Below, piece after piece: positions 9,611 to 19,876 of a DNA stretch of 64,000 nt. Each line of letters opens with the position of its first letter. The first letter of the stretch is position 1. Below the pieces are notes generated by a model, which saw nothing but the letters and a program-made list of their open reading frames with translations, was not told the DNA's origin and did no database searches. The translations under genes and the position numbers were made by a program. Source of the DNA: Chitinivibrionales bacterium (GTDB lineage: Bacteria; Fibrobacterota; Chitinivibrionia; Chitinivibrionales; WJKA01); NCBI GenBank assembly GCA_038247415.1, contig JBBRUX010000015.1:1-64000 (forward strand), read 5' to 3'.

Positions 9611-10966
9611 TTGCTCATGCAACGGGTACTCTACGCGGCTATTTCATTAATACTGTTTGTGGTTGGTGCGCAGATTACCTGGGGTCAGGAGGATTCGTTG
9701 TCCTCCGACTCTATTGCACCGGTTCCTACTACTGTACAAGAAAATCTTACCAATACAACACCCACTCAATCGGCAAGCTCGTTTAATTCGCGTCCTCCTT
9801 CACAACCGCCGCAAGCCGCAGATTCTCTTTTCGCAACTTTCGATTCTGCACGTGCTGATTCTGTGCCAGCCATAGTCCAACCTGTCGAGCCGTTAATAAT
9901 CGAGATTACTAAATCGCCTTCAAAAGTTTTAGCAATCCGCTCTCCAGAATCTCCAATGCTTGGATTAGTGTATAAGGGCGAAACCTACGAAGTTGTGCTC
10001 ATGGGCGAGTCGTGGTGTAAAATCAAGTATAAAGATACCGTGGGTTGGATTGAGCAAACATCGGTAAGGTCGTACCATCCAACTAAAGCCAACGCGATAC
10101 TGAAAAAATTACCGCTTTACATATTAGCTGGCCTAGCGGGAATATTGGTTTTGGTTTTTCTGCTCATGGGCATATCTGCATTATTCCGAAAGATTTTCGG
10201 ATCGGCAAGCGCCCAGGTTTCTATTCCTGTCGGAAAGACATGTTTAATTATTAGTTCTCAATCCACACGGGTTGGTACCGCTTTTTCTGAAGCGACTATG
10301 CCATTAGAACAGTGCTTTTCCGAAATTGGATTTGCGGTCTCTAACGCAGTGGATTTTTCAACCGCGCGTAATTTAATGATGCAGTATGTCCCTAATGTCA
10401 TGTGTATAGACTGGCGTGTTGATCCAGACCCAATGCAGCTCGTCGAAAGATTACTTCTGGGAAAAAGTACAGCCCCGGTTATCGTTTTTTACAATGTGGG
10501 AGATTCTACAGGGGCGCAGGCGCACAGTACCATAAAAGCTGCTCATTTCCTCGGTGTTAATATCAGCGACCGCGATATTTTTAAATTTGTAACGCCAATC
10601 ATTTTACAAAATCGTATGCCTCAATCCTCCATTGAAGGAGCAGAAATTCATGCGCTCGAAGGAGAGATTACTCCGGGTAGTCTCATGGAGCTTTTGCAGT
10701 TTCTCGAAATTGGTCACAAATCTGGATGCTTGCTTATAGAAAAAAACGGACCAGATGGTATGCTTTATTTGCAAGACGGGCAGGTAGTATATGCTACCAC
10801 ACAGAATTTTGTTTCACAAGAGGCAGTCCTGGCCATGCTCGGGATGCAATCGGGCAGATTTCGTTTAATACTCGATAAAAAGCCCCCTTCAGTCAATGTG
10901 ACCCAATCAACCCTCGAAATTCTTATGGCCTGGACAAAGGCAAGCGATGAAGCTTCTAAGCATTGA
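9611..10966 (+). CDS. Membrane protein: low-complexity linker plus SH3b (outside), TM, receiver-like domain plus DUF4388/PatA_N (inside)
   Basis: WCKIKYKDTVGWI; TM LYILAGLAGILVLVFLLMGI; PNVMCIDW; LEGEITPGSLMELLQFLEIGHKSGCLLI...GQVVYA. Confidence 0.75.
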   Translation: MLMQRVLYAAISLILFVVGAQITWGQEDSLSSDSIAPVPTTVQENLTNTTPTQSASSFNSRPPSQPPQAADSLFATFDSARADSVPAIVQPVEPLIIEITKSPSKVLAIRSPESPMLGLVYKGETYEVVLMGESWCKIKYKDTVGWIEQTSVRSYHPTKANAILKKLPLYILAGLAGILVLVFLLMGISALFRKIFGSASAQVSIPVGKTCLIISSQSTRVGTAFSEATMPLEQCFSEIGFAVSNAVDFSTARNLMMQYVPNVMCIDWRVDPDPMQLVERLLLGKSTAPVIVFYNVGDSTGAQAHSTIKAAHFLGVNISDRDIFKFVTPIILQNRMPQSSIEGAEIHALEGEITPGSLMELLQFLEIGHKSGCLLIEKNGPDGMLYLQDGQVVYATTQNFVSQEAVLAMLGMQSGRFRLILDKKPPSVNVTQSTLEILMAWTKASDEASKH

Positions 10967-11360
10967 TTATGGTCGCAAACGTATTGGAATAGCTGCAACC
11001 AGCGAGCTTGGCTTTGTCATTCGTAGCGTTGGTACGCTCTCGCATAATGGTACCCTGCACGATGCACTCGAAAAAACCGAGGCGTGTATTCGGGCAGAAA
11101 ACCCCGATGAATTGGTTTTTGGCGTGCCTCTCGATGGCTATGATAACGAAACCGAAATGTCTTTGGAGGTTCGAACATTCGCCGCGCATCTTAAAGAGAA
11201 AATCGATCTGCCACAGTTCTTTGTGGATGAGAGTTTTTCTTCTGTCTTTGCACATCAGATTCTATCAGAACGGCCAAAAAAGAAGCGACGTAAAAAAGCA
11301 GCAGTAGATAAAATTGCAGCGTGCTTGATTTTAGAGTCTTTTCTAAGGGAGCGTATGTGA
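10947..11360 (+). CDS. ruvX: YqgF/RuvX RNase H-like nuclease
   Basis: LSIDYGRKRIGIA, VFGVP, VDESFSS, VDKIAACLILESFL. Confidence 0.93.
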   Translation: MKLLSIDYGRKRIGIAATSELGFVIRSVGTLSHNGTLHDALEKTEACIRAENPDELVFGVPLDGYDNETEMSLEVRTFAAHLKEKIDLPQFFVDESFSSVFAHQILSERPKKKRRKKAAVDKIAACLILESFLRERM

Positions 11361-12094
11361 GCACTGCACAAGCGTTTGTTCGGATATTTTTATTACTAGC
11401 GTTTGCAGCGTCATGTTTGTGTATCACGAAAGCCCACTCGTATCCTCCCACATTATCCGCTCCAGTCACAATTTCCTCTAAGCTTGTTGCAAAAAAAGTT
11501 GATGGCTTGTATGTTCCCGCGATAGCACTTTCGTGGGCCCCTCCATCAGATACTGCTAATGCTGTGTCAACCTATAGCATTGAAAGAGCGATACTTGATA
11601 CGGCGCCTCTTAATTTTCAGATTGTGCAATCAGCAATACCGGATACTACGCTTCATTTTGAAGACCCTCTTAGTGCACGTGAATATCCTTTGCGAGGTGC
11701 TAAAAAGGTGCTGTATCGGGTATTTGCTTTCGATACTCTCGGTAGGCCATCAGATACATCAAGAATCGATACTTTTTATATGGCATTACCAGCACAATGG
11801 GACACACAAGCAGACACCCTCCAATCAGACACTATTTCCTGGAAAATGTTTGGATTATCAATACCGTATCGATCATGTTTTTTTGTATGGAATGATTCGG
11901 GATTATCCTTTCAAGGAGCGTGGTCGGAGTTTAAGTATGCCGGTGAATTTGAAACAGTGTTGTTTTTTGGCATACTGCCCGATTCTGTTATTGTAAAAAA
12001 ACCTGCACGACTATTTCTTGGCGCCTGGATAAAAACATATTCAGGCGATTATCGAGAATCACTTGTCATAAGGGCAGTGCATGTGCGTTCGTAA
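11357..12094 (+). CDS. Exported hypothetical protein with an FN3-like beta-sandwich
   Basis: GTG overlapping the ruvX stop; signal peptide; LSWAPPSD..YSIER..FED..YRVFAFD FN3 pattern. Confidence 0.65.
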   Translation: MSTAQAFVRIFLLLAFAASCLCITKAHSYPPTLSAPVTISSKLVAKKVDGLYVPAIALSWAPPSDTANAVSTYSIERAILDTAPLNFQIVQSAIPDTTLHFEDPLSAREYPLRGAKKVLYRVFAFDTLGRPSDTSRIDTFYMALPAQWDTQADTLQSDTISWKMFGLSIPYRSCFFVWNDSGLSFQGAWSEFKYAGEFETVLFFGILPDSVIVKKPARLFLGAWIKTYSGDYRESLVIRAVHVRS

Positions 12095-15000
12095 CCGATT
12101 TGTTTTTGTGTGTATAATAATCCTCGCATTCACGTCTGGCCTCTTTGCACGCATGCTCATTCGACCGGTATCGGTCTCTTCTCGTTCTGTTTCACTAGAA
12201 CTCGCAGATTCCCAATGTGTCGGATCAACACCTATGGTTGTGAGCATAGGTGCATCTGAAGGATCTCTGCCGCAGGTACATATCGAAAATATACAGGGAA
12301 GGTGTTATGGAACGGTAAAAAAAGCAGGCTTTGTTGGTCAAAACTACTTTGTATTTTTTGCCATAGATTCTTTGCGTGCAGACAATCAACATCTAAACGT
12401 TGTGATTTCTCTAAACTTTGATAGGAACGTTTATCAGGCAACCAACGTTGCGTCAATGAGCGTGAATAATAATAGTGTTCAAATTCCTCTGGTAGCAACA
12501 CTGCGCAAAACAGCGCGCACCCAGTCGTATACAGCACCGCCCTTTCGCAGGGGCTTGCGCATTGCAGTTGATAAGGATGGAATATATGCACTCACCGGGG
12601 ACTATCTTGCACAGCACGGTGTACCCATCGGATCTACACCACTAGAACGATATAGGCTTTTTGTTAATAATTTAGAAATGCCTTTGTACCTGTCAACGCT
12701 CCATAGATCAACCATGGCGCCCTCAGATACTCTTATGTTTTATGGAAAAGCTTTAAGGGGCGAAAAATCCTATTGGTCGCAATTTTCAAATACTAATGCT
12801 TATTGGCTAACATTTGATGAAGGGCGCGGAGTCCGTGTTGCGCTGGCGGATGGTACCCCCCGTAGAGATCCAACGCGGTACGGGACAGGATCCCAAAATT
12901 CACTCGTTGCACAGCCCTTTTACGATACCATTCATGTTGAAGAAGATAATGATATTCGATGGCTTGGTGGAGTTGGTACGGTTACAGAAATGGCATCTCC
13001 ACTCGAATCTGCCCCATTTACCGATGCTTGGTATTGGGATATTGTTGGAGAAAACAAAATTACCACGGTTCCCTTTACTGTGCAATCTCCTCTTGTGGGG
13101 AAAATGGCGCAGATCCGCGTTGCGCTCATGGGCCTTTCCGCTAATCAACAGGCATCGCCCGATCATAATCTGCAAATCCTTATAAATAATCAAGCGCTTG
13201 AAGGAACCGATGGCACAATACATTGGGATGGACAAACTCCCTATGTGTATAGCAGTCCTTCTTTCGACTCAAAAATTCTAGTAAACGGCACTAATACACT
13301 ATCGTTTATTACCGCAAGTATTGGGTTTCCCGATCAAAGCGCGCTCAATTATATCGAAGTGTTGTATACTCGGGGATTTACTGCAACCGACGATCGGCTT
13401 TATTTTCATTCAGCACCATCCGATACACAATCGGTGCGTCAATTTACGCTTGAGGGTTTTTCTTCACCCGCGGTTGAGATTTGGGATATCGATAATATGC
13501 GTTTAATTACTGGGGGAACAGTAAAAAACACAGGTACTGTAAAGAAACCAGGTTTTACACTTGTTTTTCAGGACAGTATCAAATACCCATCCCACTTTAT
13601 AGCTCAAACAATACGTCGTCGCCTTGCTCCTGGCGAGGCAGTTTTAGATACCATGCGAGATGTTGCAGCTCTTGCCTCTACCCTAGATCACCTTGTTATT
13701 ACTAAACGGGCTTTTGTTGGAACCAGCACGGTTTTATCCAAGTTTCATACCGCGCATAATCTTCCATCGGCAGTTTTTTGTATCGAGGATATTTACAACT
13801 GGTATACAGCAGGCGTAACCAATCCCGAGGCAATTCGCATGTTTGTTACCGATTGTTGTTCGCGATTTGGCGACCACATTCCAAGCTATCTTCTGTTAGC
13901 CGGAGATGCGACCCACGATGCGTATAAAAACGTGTTGCGTTCTAGTCAGACGGTTGTCCCCACGCACTTATCAACTGTTCCGGGATGGGGCGTTGCTTCT
14001 GATGATGGCTATTTTGGAACCGTGTTAGGCGACGATCTTTTTCCCGACGTGTGCGTAGGACGATTGCCGGCTTCCGATACAGCACAGCTTGCTCTCATGA
14101 TAGCAAAAACAATACAAGCGTGCACAACGCGAGATTATTCACCCTGGAGGGATAATGTGCTCCTGCTTGGCGGATACGAACCGCCTTTCACTCTTTTTAA
14201 TTCTGAAGTATCTGAGTATACGATCGGTGGGGCAATGAATATAGAACGCCTAGATGCAGAACCAACGTCATCGTATTATCGCAGCCCCGGCGATGCAACC
14301 TCGCAATGTGTGGCAGCAATTAATGCCGGAACATATTTGATCAATTTTAATGGTCATGGTGGGGGAAACGTCTGGTCGGATAATAATTTTTTTACAATAC
14401 CAGATGTCGCACGATTATATAACGACCGCTGGAAAAGTGGTCCCCGACTTCCAATTGTTGCGAGTTTTACATGCCTCACAGGATTTTTTGAGAGTATTTT
14501 CTATCCGTCTTTGGGAGAAGAATTCCTTCGTAGCGGAACCGGCGGAGCAGTTGCCTTTTTTGGGGCATCGGCATATACTTCACGCGAAGGCAATCTGGTT
14601 ATGAATCGAATTTTTTTAAACAAGGTGAGCCAGACTAAAAAAACAACAGTTGGTAGTTTGATTAACCAGACTAAAATTGCAATGCTTGCATTTGACAATC
14701 CAGGGTATATCCCTCTTATAGCAGAGTACAATCTTTTGGGTGATCCCGCACTTGTGTTTGAAACAATACCCGATTCCTTGGAACTTGCTCTAACAGTAAC
14801 TTCAGATGCTCTAACGTCTGCACCGGTGGTTCTTCCTATCCCGGCGTTGTTTGCGTCTACACAAATTATTGCAGATTCAAGGACATTACTTACGTCAAAA
14901 TGCTCGGTAGCGAATAATACCATTTCTCCAGTTTTTGTAGCGCTCAAAGATTCACTGGTTATTTCTTCGGGTTCCATGCGCATGTATGCCTGGAACGATA

Positions 15001-16718
15001 CCGCTGGTGTAAAGGGGACTGCATCTTTTTGTCATAATACAATTGGCGTACTACGTGCAACAATCAACCCACCACAACCGCATCCAGGCGATACCATACG
15101 CATTACCTGTACAACACCCCCGGCAACAGGTGTTACCATGCGATGTTTGTTTACTGTTGATAAAGCTGGAATCTCGACTGCATCGTTTCCGGCTGCGCAA
15201 GAACTCAGTATGAATCAGATCGATTCTAGTACATGGCAATCATCCACTATCGTTGTTCCTGCCATCGAGGCTGCTCAAGATCTTGCATTGTATGTGTCAT
15301 TTCGACTTTTAGGAACTACGACTCAATCGAGAACATTTCAGTTCCCTCTTGCTGGAATTGCAGATATACGCTTTACCAGTAAAAAAATCCGTTTTGGATT
15401 TGAGGCAGATTCTTTTATATGCATTGGCGAATGTATCAATACGGGAACTGCCCCAGCAACTCCTTTGTCGATAGCACTTTTTGAAGATTCAACAATGCTT
15501 GGAGTCTGGAATTCTTCGTCTAGCATTGGGCCCGGCAAGATTGCACCCTTTGCACTTCGAATGCCAGATCTATCGGGAGTTCATGTTGTTCGTGTAAAAC
15601 TTAATTACAATAATGCCGTTTACGAGAGATACACCGACGATAATGAATCACTCTGCACACTCTCGGTTGCATTTCAAGACATGAAAACTCTTACCGATAC
15701 CCTTAAGTCTGTCGACAACGGGTGCGCTTTAGCTCTTGTAAATCAGCCAACGTCCCCGGTGCGGCTCTTTATTGCAGACGAACAGATCGATTCTGTGGCA
15801 CCCTTCAAAACGCCCTCTGCATTTGTTTCGGTAGGCAACAATGGGGCTCGCGCATATTCGCTGTGGACGCGGCCAGCGGAAGTTTCTTCGCTTAAAAATT
15901 TTGCAATAACCCTAACGCCTCTCGACTCGAGTAGCAGTGTGCACGCTGCATATCCTCACACGGCGTTGGCCAGCGCAGATTCATTAACAAATGCGTGGCG
16001 GGTTATTGAGGGTTCTGTAGCGTCTTTGGTTCCGGCTCCGGTTAGTGTTCCGCTACGCTTTTGCGCAGTTGCTTTTGCCGATCAGGTTCCGCCCTCAATG
16101 AGTGTTTATGTGGGAGGACGAAAACTTGCCTTTTTTGATTATGCAGCAAAAGATCGGTCTTTCGATGTAACGATGAACGATCAAACCGGCATCGATCAGA
16201 GTTCTATCCGAATTAGATTAAATGGGTCACTTCTTGACAGTAGCAGAATTAGCGGGTCGTCGCTTTCCAATCAAGGTCAAACACTACGATTAACACTCGC
16301 TCCAAATAAACAATCGTCAATCGACTCGCTCACAATAACCGCTGCCGATTGGATCGGTAACGATACCAGCATTACCTTTAAGTATATACCAGGCGAAAAT
16401 CTTTCGATAAAATTTTTATCATGCCATCCTAATCCACTCAGGGCTTCTGTCGCCACGGGGGAAATTCGTGCCCGATTTGCCTTTGTGCTTACTGATATCG
16501 CAGAACATGCAACCCTTGCGATATATACTCAAAGTGGAAAAAAAATCCGCGAGTTTTCTCTCTATAATGTAATAGGATATCAAGAAATTGCCTGGGATGG
16601 AGCTACCCAGCACGGCTATAGGATCGCCAACGGTTTATATTATGCTAAGCTTACCGTTTCAAATGGATCAAAAAAAGCAACCTGTATCACCCGTATAGCA
16701 AAGCTGGAAGGATATTAA
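12081..16718 (+). CDS. C25-family (gingipain/PorU-like) cysteine peptidase with CARDB-like and FlgD-Ig/T9SS-type C-terminal domains
   Basis: YLLLAGDA, SDDGYFG, DVCVGRLP, catalytic NFNGHGG and FTCLTG, YNLLGDPAL; C-terminal HPNP...WDG....IANGLYYAKL. Confidence 0.88.
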   Translation: MCVRNRFVFVCIIILAFTSGLFARMLIRPVSVSSRSVSLELADSQCVGSTPMVVSIGASEGSLPQVHIENIQGRCYGTVKKAGFVGQNYFVFFAIDSLRADNQHLNVVISLNFDRNVYQATNVASMSVNNNSVQIPLVATLRKTARTQSYTAPPFRRGLRIAVDKDGIYALTGDYLAQHGVPIGSTPLERYRLFVNNLEMPLYLSTLHRSTMAPSDTLMFYGKALRGEKSYWSQFSNTNAYWLTFDEGRGVRVALADGTPRRDPTRYGTGSQNSLVAQPFYDTIHVEEDNDIRWLGGVGTVTEMASPLESAPFTDAWYWDIVGENKITTVPFTVQSPLVGKMAQIRVALMGLSANQQASPDHNLQILINNQALEGTDGTIHWDGQTPYVYSSPSFDSKILVNGTNTLSFITASIGFPDQSALNYIEVLYTRGFTATDDRLYFHSAPSDTQSVRQFTLEGFSSPAVEIWDIDNMRLITGGTVKNTGTVKKPGFTLVFQDSIKYPSHFIAQTIRRRLAPGEAVLDTMRDVAALASTLDHLVITKRAFVGTSTVLSKFHTAHNLPSAVFCIEDIYNWYTAGVTNPEAIRMFVTDCCSRFGDHIPSYLLLAGDATHDAYKNVLRSSQTVVPTHLSTVPGWGVASDDGYFGTVLGDDLFPDVCVGRLPASDTAQLALMIAKTIQACTTRDYSPWRDNVLLLGGYEPPFTLFNSEVSEYTIGGAMNIERLDAEPTSSYYRSPGDATSQCVAAINAGTYLINFNGHGGGNVWSDNNFFTIPDVARLYNDRWKSGPRLPIVASFTCLTGFFESIFYPSLGEEFLRSGTGGAVAFFGASAYTSREGNLVMNRIFLNKVSQTKKTTVGSLINQTKIAMLAFDNPGYIPLIAEYNLLGDPALVFETIPDSLELALTVTSDALTSAPVVLPIPALFASTQIIADSRTLLTSKCSVANNTISPVFVALKDSLVISSGSMRMYAWNDTAGVKGTASFCHNTIGVLRATINPPQPHPGDTIRITCTTPPATGVTMRCLFTVDKAGISTASFPAAQELSMNQIDSSTWQSSTIVVPAIEAAQDLALYVSFRLLGTTTQSRTFQFPLAGIADIRFTSKKIRFGFEADSFICIGECINTGTAPATPLSIALFEDSTMLGVWNSSSSIGPGKIAPFALRMPDLSGVHVVRVKLNYNNAVYERYTDDNESLCTLSVAFQDMKTLTDTLKSVDNGCALALVNQPTSPVRLFIADEQIDSVAPFKTPSAFVSVGNNGARAYSLWTRPAEVSSLKNFAITLTPLDSSSSVHAAYPHTALASADSLTNAWRVIEGSVASLVPAPVSVPLRFCAVAFADQVPPSMSVYVGGRKLAFFDYAAKDRSFDVTMNDQTGIDQSSIRIRLNGSLLDSSRISGSSLSNQGQTLRLTLAPNKQSSIDSLTITAADWIGNDTSITFKYIPGENLSIKFLSCHPNPLRASVATGEIRARFAFVLTDIAEHATLAIYTQSGKKIREFSLYNVIGYQEIAWDGATQHGYRIANGLYYAKLTVSNGSKKATCITRIAKLEGY

Positions 16719-16720
16719 GC

Positions 16721-16960
16721 ATGGCCAATTTTTTGCAGCACTTCGATAAAAGTACCGTTGGGCGGGCTGTTTTGTTTTTTACGCTCATTGTGGTAATCTT
16801 TTTTTGTATCGAGATAGCGCCGTTGCATTTTGGCAATCGACACCTTCCCTGGGATGCGCTTGGTCCCGAAATCAGCAAACGTTTGCCTCGAATACTTCTT
16901 GTTGCTATTGGAGCATCCTTGCTTATGGCTTTCAAGCAGAAAGATAAAGTAGAAAAATAA
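16721..16960 (+). CDS. Small two-TM membrane protein
   Basis: 79 aa, two hydrophobic stretches, starts 2 nt after the C25 stop. Confidence 0.55.
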   Translation: MANFLQHFDKSTVGRAVLFFTLIVVIFFCIEIAPLHFGNRHLPWDALGPEISKRLPRILLVAIGASLLMAFKQKDKVEK

Positions 16961-17033
16961 AAGTATCATTTCTCCAGATGTGGCTTTAATGGTACCATTA
17001 GGAACATTCTTCATGTAAAGGTAGCGCTGTCGC

Positions 17034-18173
17034 ATGTTTTTCGAATATCTTTATCAGTCAACGCATGTATATCTGTTTTATTCCAGACTTTTTGCTACGG
17101 GCATGGCCACGCTCATAGCCTTTGTTGCAGCAATGATTGCATTCCAGCCGTATATCAATTTTTTGCGTAAAAGTAATGTAACATCCGAGTTTGGTACGGC
17201 ACCTGGTGCCAATGAGCCGGTGATGCCAGCAGGAATCTTGTTTCTGCTCATTATTACCCCTATTGCGCTGCTCTGCTCGCGAATGAATTCGTATGTTGGG
17301 TCTGCATTAATCATTTATGTTGTTTTTGCAATTATTGGAGCTATCGATGATATCGCCAAAGTTGTTAATAAGAAAAAGCTTGCTGCAGGGCTTATCACTA
17401 AGCAGGATTATCAATACAAGGCAGACGGCATATCAGCTCGATTGCGGCTTGCGCTCTATCTAATCATTCCCCTTGTCGTGGCGATTCTTGCTTACAAATA
17501 TATTCCTAATATCAATGGTCATATCACCATTCCATTTTTGTCGATTCATAAAATTTTCCCCTATCTGCCGTTCTGGATTTTCATACTCCTTATGACCGCA
17601 GTTATTGCAGTGATGGCAAACGGCGTTAACTTTACCGATGGCTTCGATACCCTCGCTGCGGTACCGCTTATCACCTGTGCTACATTTGTTGGGCTCATTT
17701 CCTATGTTTCGAGCAATCTGCACTGGTGTTCCTATTTGCTTATTCCCTATATCCCCGGTGTAGAAGAAGTGTTGCCAATTATCGGGGCAACAAGTGGCGT
17801 ACTCCTGGCATTTTTGTGGTATAACTCACCTCCGTCAAGTATTATCATGGGCGATAGTGGCGCAGTGGGTCTTGGAGGTATGATCGGCATTATGTTTGTG
17901 TTCATTAAAGCCGAATTTTATATACCTATTGTTGGTATTATTTTCCTTATGGAATTTGTTTCGGATATTGTGCAGATTGGCTCATTTAAGTTGACAAAAA
18001 AGCGCATTTTTCTCATGGCGCCTATTCACCATCATTTTCAACTGAAAATGAAGCTTAACCCACGGTATGCAGCAAATCCATTTGCAATCAAGTCTAAAAT
18101 TACCTGGCGATTTCATATTGTCTCGGTGGTTATGCTTGTTGTTGGTCTTATTATTTTTCTAAAGGTACGCTAA
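17034..18173 (+). CDS. mraY: Phospho-N-acetylmuramoyl-pentapeptide transferase (MraY family, divergent)
   Basis: IGAIDDIAK, NGVNFTDGFDTLA, FLWYNSPP..IMGDSG, IFLMAPIHHHF; about 10 TM segments. Confidence 0.85.
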   Translation: MFFEYLYQSTHVYLFYSRLFATGMATLIAFVAAMIAFQPYINFLRKSNVTSEFGTAPGANEPVMPAGILFLLIITPIALLCSRMNSYVGSALIIYVVFAIIGAIDDIAKVVNKKKLAAGLITKQDYQYKADGISARLRLALYLIIPLVVAILAYKYIPNINGHITIPFLSIHKIFPYLPFWIFILLMTAVIAVMANGVNFTDGFDTLAAVPLITCATFVGLISYVSSNLHWCSYLLIPYIPGVEEVLPIIGATSGVLLAFLWYNSPPSSIIMGDSGAVGLGGMIGIMFVFIKAEFYIPIVGIIFLMEFVSDIVQIGSFKLTKKRIFLMAPIHHHFQLKMKLNPRYAANPFAIKSKITWRFHIVSVVMLVVGLIIFLKVR

Positions 18174-18177
18174 TTAC

Positions 18178-18906
18178 ATGGTTACCGATCTTTCATCGAA
18201 TTACACTTCTCCTGCGGGGCGCGAATGTACCATGGCGGCGGGCAAGTTTGCCATGATTTCTCCCGCCTCCCGTGTGCTGGATTTAGGGTGCGGTTATGGC
18301 GAGGGTGCTGTTACCATCGCCTCGGAATTTAGGGCCAGCGTTACCGCAATCGATACCTCATTAGAAAATCTTGTTTTTGCAAAGGAGTATGCTCGTTCGC
18401 GGGGAGTAGCTCATCTTATCACGTTTTTACACGAAGATATTACAACATTTCAAAATACTGCAGATCCCTTCGATTTGGTACTTGTCGAGGGGGGAGTACT
18501 CTCTTTTGTTAATCGAAGGGTTGGTATTGCTAAAGCGCGCGAGTTTCTATGTCCCCGTGGTTGGCTTGCCTTTTCAGATTTAGTGCTACATTCAGAAACT
18601 GTTGATGATGAAATTAAAACAGTTTTTGAAGAGAACAAATACCATTACGAAACAGAAGCAACATACCGACCGCTTTTGCGTAGTGCTGGATTTGAGCTTC
18701 AAATGCTTATGCTTATTCCGCAAAGCGGATGGGATAATTATTATGCACTGATGGCAAAAAGACTCGAAGATAATACCGGATTTTTTGCTGATAAGCGCGT
18801 TAAATTAGCCTTTCATAGGGAAATAGATGTGTTTTATAGGCTCAATGCATTCTCTCAGGTGGGATATCTTTTTGGGATTGCCCGAAAAGGTGATGATAAA
18901 ATGTGA
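18178..18906 (+). CDS. Class I SAM-dependent methyltransferase
   Basis: RVLDLGCGYG, VTAID, FDLV, LCPRGWLAFSD. Confidence 0.88.
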   Translation: MVTDLSSNYTSPAGRECTMAAGKFAMISPASRVLDLGCGYGEGAVTIASEFRASVTAIDTSLENLVFAKEYARSRGVAHLITFLHEDITTFQNTADPFDLVLVEGGVLSFVNRRVGIAKAREFLCPRGWLAFSDLVLHSETVDDEIKTVFEENKYHYETEATYRPLLRSAGFELQMLMLIPQSGWDNYYALMAKRLEDNTGFFADKRVKLAFHREIDVFYRLNAFSQVGYLFGIARKGDDKM

Positions 18907-18995
18907 TGCGCATCACAGAGATTAGCATGGCAATGAATTATTATTAATAAGTGTTCTAATTTTGTCAGTTCCTCGAAGGCTCATTAGGAGGTTGT

Positions 18996-19832
18996 ATGCG
19001 TAAGACGGCAAGTATGGTATTAAGTATCGTTGGCATGGCTGCAATAGCACATGCCCAAATGCAGCCGGTGGTCAATGGTCCCGACGGTAAAGGAGGTATC
19101 GACTGGAACGATCGTACGATTATTTCCACAGGTATTGGTGCCCCTAATCCCGATCTTCCCGAAGCAGCACAGCGAGGCGGGGCCGAACGTGCCGCGCAAA
19201 TGATCGCCTTGCGAAATGCGCTCGAAACCATCAAAGGAATTACTCTCACGGGGTCCACAACCGTCGAAAATTATATAACCAAGAACGATCAGGTGACCAC
19301 AAGTATTAATGGTTTTGTAAAAGGCTTTCAACAGCAAGGGCGCACTAAATACATGTCAGATGGCTCAGTTGAAATCACCATGAAGATCCCGCTTGATGGC
19401 ATCGGTGGTTTGGGAGAAAAATTAATGGATCCATCAATTTCTGATAAGCCATCGGCTGTCTTTGTAGATAGCAAAAGAAATAAGCCTGCAACAGTATTTT
19501 CAGGGCTCATCATCGATTGTACTGGTTTAAAGATTAAGCCAGCACTTAGCCCCAGAATTCTTGACGAATCGGGAAAAGAAGTGTATGGAAGTGCCTATGT
19601 GACACGTGAATGGGCAGTTAAATATGGAATAGTAGGATACGCGCGGGATGTAGCATCGGCAGCAAAGCTCGAACGTGTTGGCACAATGCCCGGTTCAATC
19701 AAGGGCCTTAGGGCATTGGGTGATAACAGTACCGACGTTATTATTAGTAACGCCGATGCATCAGATGTACGTAGTGCAGCAGAAAATCTCAAGTTTTTAT
19801 CCGAGTGCAGGGTTATTCTTGTAGTTAATTAA
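18996..19832 (+). CDS. Exported LPP20-like protein
   Basis: Signal peptide; AERAAQMIALRNALETIKGI..TTVEN; FSGLIIDCTG..KPALSPRILDESGKEVYG; RBS AGGAGG. Confidence 0.65.
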   Translation: MRKTASMVLSIVGMAAIAHAQMQPVVNGPDGKGGIDWNDRTIISTGIGAPNPDLPEAAQRGGAERAAQMIALRNALETIKGITLTGSTTVENYITKNDQVTTSINGFVKGFQQQGRTKYMSDGSVEITMKIPLDGIGGLGEKLMDPSISDKPSAVFVDSKRNKPATVFSGLIIDCTGLKIKPALSPRILDESGKEVYGSAYVTREWAVKYGIVGYARDVASAAKLERVGTMPGSIKGLRALGDNSTDVIISNADASDVRSAAENLKFLSECRVILVVN

Positions 19833-19876
19833 ATCTTTGTGTTGTAAAGCTTTTCACTGTTTTGCGAGGAGTATTC

